A stretch of 12,579 nucleotides of DNA from Nitrospinota bacterium (lineage in GTDB: Bacteria > Nitrospinota > Nitrospinia > Nitrospinales > VA-1). The stretch covers positions 1-12,579 of the forward strand of contig JAYNIA010000064.1 in the NCBI GenBank assembly GCA_038108555.1. Reading direction: 5' to 3'. The notes under the pieces are model-generated. The model was given only the letters and a program-made list of their open reading frames with translations, made no database searches and was not told the origin of the DNA. The position numbers and the translations under genes are program-made. Shown here piece by piece: positions 5,489 through 12,579 of the stretch (positions are counted from its first letter, which is position 1; every line of letters starts with the position of its first letter).

Positions 5489-8400
5489 ATGGAAAACTTC
5501 TCAAATATCCTTACTTATGATGAAATAGAAGAAATAAAAGCCCTGGCCCCTAAATTGGCTGAAGAAATTCAGAAAAAGGCCAATAAAGCCATTCGAATTA
5601 ACGAAAGGTTACAGGCAAAAGAATTTTCGCGAATGGTTTCCGACCCCAAAAGTCGTGCGGTTTTCATGACTATCGTCGACCAGGTGTTCAGGCTCAGTAA
5701 AGATTCAGCTATCCTTAAAAAGTTTATTGACCTGTTAAATGAACATGGTGTTCCTTCCTTTTTCGGTCCTGTCGAAAAGTTTTCCCTTAAAGTTCTAAAG
5801 CTATTTGGACCCTTTATCCCCGGTTTTCTGGCCACTCCTGTGGTTTGGTCCATCCTGACGGTAATGCGTTTCAAAACCAGGAATGTCATTCTCCCCAGTG
5901 AGCAAAGACCTTTAAATGACTATTTTGAGAAATGTAAAAAGGAGAATCTCAAAATTAATATAAACCATTTAGGGGATATGGTTTTAGGGAAGAGGGAAGA
6001 GCAAAGGCATTTAGAAAATTATCTGAAGGAACTGGAAAACCCTGACGTCTCTTGTATATCTGTAAAAATTTCCACACTATTTTCGCAAGTCGATGTGGTT
6101 GCTTCAGAGCACACCATTACAAATGTAATGGAAAGACTTGAAACCCTTCTGATTGCAGCAAAAAAAGCAGAAAAAGAATTTGGTACTCCCAAGCTTATAT
6201 ATTTGGATATGGAGGAATACAAGGACCTTATCCTGACGGTTGAAATTTTCACGAAGTTTCTTGAAAATCCAAAGTTCGATTCTTTCACATTGGGGATTGC
6301 TCTCCAGGCCTACATTCCGGATTCATTCGTTTATCAACAGAAACTCACACGATTGGCAAAAGCCAGGTTGTCCAAAGGGGGTGCGCCCATCCGAATCAGA
6401 ATTGTTAAAGGGGCAAATATGGAAATGGAAAAATGTATTGCCTCTGTCAATGACTGGGAACAGGCCCCATACACCCAAAAAGTTGATACGGATGCCAATT
6501 TTAAAAGAATGACGGCTTATGCTTTCCAACCTGAAAATTTGAAAGCAGTAAAGATTGGAATCGGCAGTCACAATATTTTTGAGATTGCTTTTGCAAAAAT
6601 CCTTCAAACTAAAAGGGGCCTTGATCCTTCTTGCTTTGATTTTGAAATGCTTGAGGGAATAGCCAATCATACCCGACGGAGTGTTCAGGAGCTGATTGGC
6701 CCAGTATTGACCTACACCCCGGTTACCAGTGAAAGTGAGTTTCTCAATGCAATTGCTTACCTGGTTCGAAGGTTAATGGAAAACACAGATAAAGAAAACT
6801 TTCTTAGTAATTCATTTGATCTAGACGTTGGAACAAAAGAATGGAACGTAGAACTAGAAAAATTTCAGTTGGCTTTGAATAAAGTGTCAACTTTGGAGTC
6901 TCCTGCTCCTCGCCATAAACAGGACCGTAAGTTGGCGCATTTTTTGGAAGATGAAAAAACTCCTGAAGTTGAAATGTTTACTCCAAATAGCCCGACCAAT
7001 TTTGCGCTTCCGGAAAACCAGGAATGGTTGAAGAATGAAATTTTGAGAGATGATCTTATCCTAAATGATTTTCCAAAATTTGTTCCATTGAAAATTGGAG
7101 GAAAATATTTTTATGACAAAAGAAGCTTGCTGCCATCCAGAGATCTTTCAGGTGAAGGAAAAGTGGTCGCAAGGTTTCTGGGTGCCAATTCTGACGATAT
7201 AAACAATGCCATTGATTTTTCCAGCGATACTGAGGACTCTCGATGGGATAATGACGAAACCTATCGTCTAAATATTTTGGAGTCGGTAGCAACGACGATC
7301 GAAAAAAACCGGGGCTCATTAATTCTAAACGGAATGAAAAATGTGGCAAAAGGAATTACTGAAGTTGATGCTGAAGTATCCGAAGCTATCGATTTTGTAA
7401 GGTACTATTCCAGCGCATTTAAACATTTTCGAGACTCTTTCCCTGAAATTGACTTTAAGAAAAAAGGAACGGTGCTGGTCGTTTCTCCCTGGAATTTCCC
7501 CATTGCTATTCCAACGGGGGGTATTGCCGCAGCCCTGGTGATGGGGAATCGGGTGATTATTAAACCCTCGCCCTATTCATTGTGGGCCACCTGGAAAGTA
7601 GTAAAACTGTTCTGGAAGGCTGGGGTTCCTGAGCATGTGTTGCAATTTGTTCCTTGCGAAGATAAAGAAGCCCATCATCTGACTCGTCATCCAAAAATTA
7701 AGAAGGTGGTTTTTACTGGAAGTGGAAAGACCGCGGAAAAAATTATGAAAGGTCGGCCAAGCCTCGATTTTTCGGGGGAAACAAGTGGGAAAAACGTATT
7801 AATAGTCACCGATTCGGCAGATAAGGAATTGGCAATCAAACATCTTGTTGAATCAGCCTATGGATTTAATGGGCAAAAATGCTCCGCAGCGTCCCTGGCG
7901 ATACTTACCAAAGAAGTTTATGCAGACCCTAAATTTAAGCTTCAGCTAAAAGATGCAGTGGAAAGCTTGCCGGTGGGGGTTTTGGAATCGCAGCCTCAAA
8001 ACAAGATTACTCCCTTAATCACTTTTCCCAAAAAAGAATTGTTGAGAGCGTTGACCCAATTGGATGCAGGAGAAGAGTGGGTGGTTCAACCCAAAGAGTA
8101 TGAAACGGCGAATTTGTGGAGCCCGGGTTTGAGATGGGGAGTCCAACCGGGAAGTTTTATGCATTTAACCGAACTATTTGGCCCCGTTTTGGGAATAATG
8201 ATGGCAAATGATTTAAAACATGCCTGCGAATTGGCAAATCAAACAGAATATGGATTAACGGCGGGTTTACATAGTCTGGATGAAAAAGAAATTGATTATT
8301 TTACTGAAAATATGAAAGCCGGGAATTTATATATAAACAGCAAGACCACGGGGGCTATTGTAGGCAGGCAACCGTTTGGAGGAATCAAGAACTCCTGCCG

Positions 8401-9253
8401 TGGGGCAGGCGGAAAGGCGGGAGGGATAAATTATATTCTTCAGTTTGCAACTATCGAAGAGGTCGAAAGTAGAAAATTAGAAAAATTCAATTTTATGGAC
8501 TCATCCCTGGAATCTTTAATTTCTTTTTGGGAAGAAAATATCTGGTCGGGAAATTTCAGAGCCTTTGAAAATGAAGCCATAAGAGCCATTCAAGGAGTTC
8601 GAAAATGCCTGAATCAACAATCAGTCTATTTCTCGCGTGAACATTCCCTGTCAAAAGCACAGCAGGTGATTGGACAAACCAATACTTTTCGTTATCGCAA
8701 AATAGGAAAATATGCAATCAGGGTTTCCCCTGAGGACTTCCTTTCAGACATTCTTTTACGCCTAATGGCTGGAATTATTGCTGGAAACCAAATTGAAATA
8801 AGTATTCCCACGGAAATGAAGGGAAATGAAATAGTTTCATTTCTTGAGTCTCACTCCTTAAAAGAAATTCAAAATAAATTTTCCATGATTTTTGAAAGTG
8901 ATAAAGAGCTTTGCCAAAGAATTTTAGAAAAATCTATAGGCCGATTGGCCTATTCTTCTCCCGATTGTGTTCCTCTGGAAGTTTATACGGTGGCCAATGA
9001 GGTAAACCTTCCAATATTTAGAAACAAACCCGTAGTGGAAGGTAGATACCTGATGCTGGAGCAATATTACGAACAAACCATCTCGAATACCTATCATCGA
9101 TATGGAAATCCAGGATTAAAGCAGTTTGAGTTGCCTGATCCTAAAGCTATCCCCTTCCACAATATGGGAGTTGATTGTCGGACCGAACGTGAGGTGAAGC
9201 AGAACCTAAATCATTCAGTAGCTGTTTGTATGGAAGTTCCAATTGTTAGATAA
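5489..9253 (+). CDS. putA: Bifunctional proline dehydrogenase / L-glutamate-gamma-semialdehyde (P5C) dehydrogenase
   Basis: PRODH motifs LDMEEY, LQAY, RIVKGANMEME, GSHN, FEMLEG and AYLVRRLMEN. ALDH motifs SPWNFP, FTGS, ETSGKN, GQKCSA (catalytic Cys), ELFGPV and QPFGG. It has a C-terminal domain containing HRYGN and no N-terminal ribbon-helix-helix domain. The probable start is ATG 5489 after GGAGG (5476-5480), not TTG 5474. Confidence 0.95.
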   Translation: MENFSNILTYDEIEEIKALAPKLAEEIQKKANKAIRINERLQAKEFSRMVSDPKSRAVFMTIVDQVFRLSKDSAILKKFIDLLNEHGVPSFFGPVEKFSLKVLKLFGPFIPGFLATPVVWSILTVMRFKTRNVILPSEQRPLNDYFEKCKKENLKININHLGDMVLGKREEQRHLENYLKELENPDVSCISVKISTLFSQVDVVASEHTITNVMERLETLLIAAKKAEKEFGTPKLIYLDMEEYKDLILTVEIFTKFLENPKFDSFTLGIALQAYIPDSFVYQQKLTRLAKARLSKGGAPIRIRIVKGANMEMEKCIASVNDWEQAPYTQKVDTDANFKRMTAYAFQPENLKAVKIGIGSHNIFEIAFAKILQTKRGLDPSCFDFEMLEGIANHTRRSVQELIGPVLTYTPVTSESEFLNAIAYLVRRLMENTDKENFLSNSFDLDVGTKEWNVELEKFQLALNKVSTLESPAPRHKQDRKLAHFLEDEKTPEVEMFTPNSPTNFALPENQEWLKNEILRDDLILNDFPKFVPLKIGGKYFYDKRSLLPSRDLSGEGKVVARFLGANSDDINNAIDFSSDTEDSRWDNDETYRLNILESVATTIEKNRGSLILNGMKNVAKGITEVDAEVSEAIDFVRYYSSAFKHFRDSFPEIDFKKKGTVLVVSPWNFPIAIPTGGIAAALVMGNRVIIKPSPYSLWATWKVVKLFWKAGVPEHVLQFVPCEDKEAHHLTRHPKIKKVVFTGSGKTAEKIMKGRPSLDFSGETSGKNVLIVTDSADKELAIKHLVESAYGFNGQKCSAASLAILTKEVYADPKFKLQLKDAVESLPVGVLESQPQNKITPLITFPKKELLRALTQLDAGEEWVVQPKEYETANLWSPGLRWGVQPGSFMHLTELFGPVLGIMMANDLKHACELANQTEYGLTAGLHSLDEKEIDYFTENMKAGNLYINSKTTGAIVGRQPFGGIKNSCRGAGGKAGGINYILQFATIEEVESRKLEKFNFMDSSLESLISFWEENIWSGNFRAFENEAIRAIQGVRKCLNQQSVYFSREHSLSKAQQVIGQTNTFRYRKIGKYAIRVSPEDFLSDILLRLMAGIIAGNQIEISIPTEMKGNEIVSFLESHSLKEIQNKFSMIFESDKELCQRILEKSIGRLAYSSPDCVPLEVYTVANEVNLPIFRNKPVVEGRYLMLEQYYEQTISNTYHRYGNPGLKQFELPDPKAIPFHNMGVDCRTEREVKQNLNHSVAVCMEVPIVR

Positions 9254-9265
9254 ATAGGAAACGGA

Positions 9266-11230
9266 TTAATTTCCTCTATGGTTTTCCTGCCACTCCATTG
9301 CTAGCTTTTTTGCATTTTTAATCTGATCTGAAGACATAAATTTTTCTACCTTTTTTATATTTGAGGTGGATTCTTTATCTCCGGCAAGGTTCCACCACAT
9401 ATGGGCAAGGGTAAAATCTTTTGGGACTCCTTGACCCTGGACGTACATCAACCCTAAATTAAATTTTGCTGAGACATTTCCCCGTTCGGCGGATAGATTG
9501 AACCATTTAAATGCCTCATTAAATTCTGAATCCAAATAATATAACGTTCCCAATTCAAATGATGCTTCGGAAAATCCGGGTTGGAGATGGTGGGCTCTCT
9601 TAAAGTTAAAAACCGCTTTTCCCTTTTGTCCCAATTTTAAATATGTTTTTGCAATATTAAAATGTGGCGCATAAAAATCTCCCTGCAATTTGATCGCTTT
9701 TTCAAATTGCGTGATTGCTTCTTTCATCTTTTTTTCGGCAACAAAAGCGTTGCCGAGATTGTTGTATGCCAGGGGATAATTGGGTTTCAGTTCGACAGCT
9801 TTTTTAAAGTGGGGGATCGCTTCCCCGGCTTTTTTCTCCGACAACAGGGTCACGCCCAAATTATAGTGAGCGTCTGGGTATTCCTGGCGAAGTTTAATGG
9901 CCTCTTTAAAGTTTAAAATTGCTTCTTTGGTATTGCCCTCTAAAAACAAAGCTGCCCCAAGATTGTTGTAGGCGAGGTCAAAATGGGGATACTTTTTTTC
10001 AGTTACATTAATAGCGTGTTTGAAAAGAGTGATGCTGTTTTTCCAGTGCCATGCCTGGTTCCAGGTCATGATTGACAAAGTTATAACGATTAATCCGAAA
10101 AGTAGGGTGGCTAACTTTTTTTCATTAGAAAGTTTTGATAATAAGTCGGGGATACCCCAGGCCACCATACAGAAAATTCCGATGAGAGGGACATAGGTAT
10201 ATCGGTCTGCCATGGCTTGTGCACCCACCTGTACTAACCCAATTACAGGAAACAGGGTTCCAAGGTACCAGAACCAGCAAAATGAGAGATAGGGCCTTAC
10301 TTTTGTGAGTTTTAAAACAAGGAGCGAAATCGATAACAAGAAAAAGGCGCTGACTGTTCCCTTCCAAAGTTCCAGTTCCTCACCTGGATGGGGGTATAGA
10401 ACTGAAAGACCTGTGGGCCAGAATGTTTTTCCCAAATAGGAAATGTAGGAAACCATGGCATTGTTCAATCGTGCAATCAATGAAAAATGCTCGTTACCTT
10501 CCATAGCGCCGCCTAATTTTTGCGTGAGAAGGGTCATCAAACAGGATGCTATCGTGAGAAGGAATAAAGGGCTTTTTTCCACAATCAAGCGAACGAATGG
10601 GGTTCCTTGAATGGAAGGATCATTTTGTGAGTTTTTAAAGCCTAAACGTTGCAACGGCCAGTAGTCCATCAGGAGTAGTACAAAGGGAAGGGTAACCAAC
10701 ATGGGTTTGGACATCAGCCCCATTAGGAAAAACAGAAGAACCAGAAAATAAAATTTTAATTTCTTTCTTTTCAGGTATTCAATGTAGACAGCCATGGTCA
10801 ACAGCCAGAAAAATGTGCTGAGGACATTTTTGCGTTCAGAAATCCATGCCACCGATTCAACATTGAAGGGGTGGAGGGCAAAGAGGGTCGCAACTACTAT
10901 GCTTTTCGAATATTCCCCCGTCATCCTATTAAACACAAAAAATAATAGGAGCGCATTGGCAATATGAATAATAAGGCTGGTTAGATGGTGACCTGACGGG
11001 TCGGAACCGTATAACTGATAATCCAAAACATGCGAAATCCAGGTAAGAGGATGCCAGTTAGAGGTTTCTAAAGTTGTGAAGGCCCAGAAAATACTTTTAA
11101 GAGTGAGTCCCTCCTGTACTCTTAAGTTTTCAGTAATATATTCTGGATCATCGTAATTGATAAAATCATGATCCAGTATCGGGAAATAAACTGCGAATGT
11201 GGCGAGGGCCAGAAAAAGGCAGACTTTCAT
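9266..11230 (-). CDS. TMTC-like multi-pass membrane glycosyltransferase (GT-C fold) with C-terminal TPR and Sel1-like repeats
   Basis: Contains FINYDDPEYI (acidic DD motif), WHPLTWISH, HPFNVESVAWISERK and ADRYTY, with about ten or more hydrophobic segments. These are followed by TPRs (AYNNLG, AHYNLG, AYNNLG) and a Sel1 unit AKFNLGLMYVQGQGVPKDFTLAHMWWNLA. Confidence 0.85.
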   Translation of the reverse strand: MKVCLFLALATFAVYFPILDHDFINYDDPEYITENLRVQEGLTLKSIFWAFTTLETSNWHPLTWISHVLDYQLYGSDPSGHHLTSLIIHIANALLLFFVFNRMTGEYSKSIVVATLFALHPFNVESVAWISERKNVLSTFFWLLTMAVYIEYLKRKKLKFYFLVLLFFLMGLMSKPMLVTLPFVLLLMDYWPLQRLGFKNSQNDPSIQGTPFVRLIVEKSPLFLLTIASCLMTLLTQKLGGAMEGNEHFSLIARLNNAMVSYISYLGKTFWPTGLSVLYPHPGEELELWKGTVSAFFLLSISLLVLKLTKVRPYLSFCWFWYLGTLFPVIGLVQVGAQAMADRYTYVPLIGIFCMVAWGIPDLLSKLSNEKKLATLLFGLIVITLSIMTWNQAWHWKNSITLFKHAINVTEKKYPHFDLAYNNLGAALFLEGNTKEAILNFKEAIKLRQEYPDAHYNLGVTLLSEKKAGEAIPHFKKAVELKPNYPLAYNNLGNAFVAEKKMKEAITQFEKAIKLQGDFYAPHFNIAKTYLKLGQKGKAVFNFKRAHHLQPGFSEASFELGTLYYLDSEFNEAFKWFNLSAERGNVSAKFNLGLMYVQGQGVPKDFTLAHMWWNLAGDKESTSNIKKVEKFMSSDQIKNAKKLAMEWQENHRGN

Positions 11231-11322
11231 GTTTTTTTGTGAACAAAATTTTTACAAGTAAGGGAGAGGGCCTTTATTCAGGAAGGTTTGGTTTTAAACC
11301 GGTTTTGGCTCAACGTGTAATT

Positions 11323-12324
11323 TCACTTGTTTTCTAAAACAATTTTTCCAACATGCTTGTTACTTGCAAAAAGCGCATGCGCTTCGTTGACATGTTTGAA
11401 TTTAAATACTTCTTCATTAATAAGAGGTTTAACCATTCCTCGATCGACCCAATTGGCAATTTTTTCCAAAATAAACCCATGGTGGGCTCGTCCCTTTCCG
11501 GTCAGCATGGGTATAAGCATGAAGACTAAATGCAGACTCAGTCCTTTCATATGCATGGGCGAAAGATCGTGCTGATTGGTTCCAACGATACCGATGACTT
11601 GGCCGCTGGTTTTAACTGCTTGTAAGGATTTGTCGAGGTTCTGTCCCCCGATGGTATCAAAAACCACATCAAAACCTTTTCCTCCAGTTAAACGTTCGCA
11701 GTAATCCTTAACATCTTCATCGCGATAAAAAATAATTTCATCGGCTCCCAGTCCCCTTGCCATCTGGGCTTTGTTTTCTGAAGAAGCCGTAGTTGCCACA
11801 CGTGCTCCATGCTGTTTTGCAAGTTGTAAAGCAATATGACCGACACCCCCTGTGCCTCCATGGATCAGTACATGGTCCGTCTTGTTTATTTTTGCTCTGT
11901 CAAACAATCCTTCCCAGGCGGTGATCGCTACAAGAGGCAAAGCTGCCGACTCTGCAAAGCACAAAGAATTAGGTTTTAAAGAAATAAGGTCGGCATCGAC
12001 CAGCATGAAATCTGCCAGGGCTCCGTCAATATTTCCTGCTGCTCCTTTCAATCCGCCCGCACAACCATAGATTTCGTCACCCGTCTTAAATTTGGTGACC
12101 CCTTCCCCCACTTCTGTTACGACTCCAGCAACATCCATATGCAAAGTGGCCGGAAGAGAAGGGTTGATACCATAATTGTTTGTAAGCAATTTATGGTCAA
12201 CGGGATTAAGACTGGAAGCTTTTACCTCGATCAATACATGCCCGGGCTTTATAACGGGTTTATCAATTTCCTCTTCAACAAACTTCGCAGCTTTTCCATA
12301 TTCATGAACCCGGTATGCTTTCAT
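11323..12324 (-). CDS. Medium-chain dehydrogenase/reductase, zinc-independent NADPH:quinone oxidoreductase-like
   Basis: Contains VLIEVKASSLNPVD, LPLVAITAW, VLIHGGTGGVG (Rossmann), GFDVVFDTIGG and GKIVL. It lacks the GHE and Cys4 zinc ligands. The likely start is ATG 12324 (MKAYRV) after a GGAG SD (12336-12333), rather than 12363. Confidence 0.9.
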   Translation of the reverse strand: MKAYRVHEYGKAAKFVEEEIDKPVIKPGHVLIEVKASSLNPVDHKLLTNNYGINPSLPATLHMDVAGVVTEVGEGVTKFKTGDEIYGCAGGLKGAAGNIDGALADFMLVDADLISLKPNSLCFAESAALPLVAITAWEGLFDRAKINKTDHVLIHGGTGGVGHIALQLAKQHGARVATTASSENKAQMARGLGADEIIFYRDEDVKDYCERLTGGKGFDVVFDTIGGQNLDKSLQAVKTSGQVIGIVGTNQHDLSPMHMKGLSLHLVFMLIPMLTGKGRAHHGFILEKIANWVDRGMVKPLINEEVFKFKHVNEAHALFASNKHVGKIVLENK

Positions 12325-12342
12325 ATTACCCACTCCAAAAAA

Positions 12343-12354
12343 ATAAGTACTTAT
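12343..12354. promoter_or_regulatory. 12-bp palindrome just upstream of the oxidoreductase SD; candidate operator
   Basis: ATAAGTACTTAT is a perfect palindrome located between a possible minus-strand TTGTAT-16-TATCAT promoter and the SD. Confidence 0.3.
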
Positions 12355-12579
12355 ATGATACAAACAAGAACCAAATATACAAGTGGATAAAATTAGATGA
12401 AAATCCGATTAAGGAATGTGCAAGAAAAAGTAGATGCTTTGCAAAAATTAAAAAGTATAGAAATTCCAAAGTTCGCTTGATTTTGGTTTCCAACTTTTGA
12501 AAATTGTTCCAACGATCTAGTTTGAAACCGTTAATTCCTGGAGGCTGAAATTTGTTTGAGGGCTAATAATAAATTTTCT

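Noticed and set aside
12382..12390. DnaA-box-like TTATCCACT (minus strand)
   Set aside because: Single, one-mismatch copy with no cluster or origin context.
3619..12500. Remaining short ORFs nested in or opposite the receptor, putA, TPR and oxidoreductase genes
   Set aside because: They overlap well-supported long CDSs and show no family motifs.
1..12579. CRISPR array, IS element, prophage or defence system
   Set aside because: No regularly spaced repeats, and no transposase, integrase, phage or nuclease-like ORFs were seen.

Overview
Bacterial chromosomal window with AT-rich spacers. It contains no transposase, integrase, CRISPR array or rRNA. From left to right: the 5' end of an HDOD-domain gene (minus strand, runs off the window); a decayed 5' half of a tRNA-Arg(UCG) gene; a predicted exported/outer-membrane beta-barrel protein with a near-consensus sigma70 promoter; a 3' remnant of a phosphomannomutase-like gene; an AqpN/NIP-like aquaporin (F-A-A-R filter, Cys-rich tail); a metal-uptake module; a bifunctional PutA; and, convergently, a TMTC-like GT-C/TPR/Sel1 membrane protein and a quinone-reductase-type MDR enzyme. 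The most interesting element is the metal-uptake module. It consists of a Fur/Zur-like palindrome, a 102-aa DUF2946/CruR-like leader (signal segment, HxH, CxxCH, C-terminal RAPP arrest motif), a ~200-nt structured spacer and a ZnuD-family TonB-dependent receptor that lacks the His-rich loop. The leader's Ala-Pro-Pro codons are a perfect 8-nt anti-Shine-Dalgarno for the receptor gene. Second, the ~1.3-kb block 544-1846 ends in a truncated gene on each side and looks like DNA captured from another locus. All family calls are by-eye motif recognition; no database searches were run.
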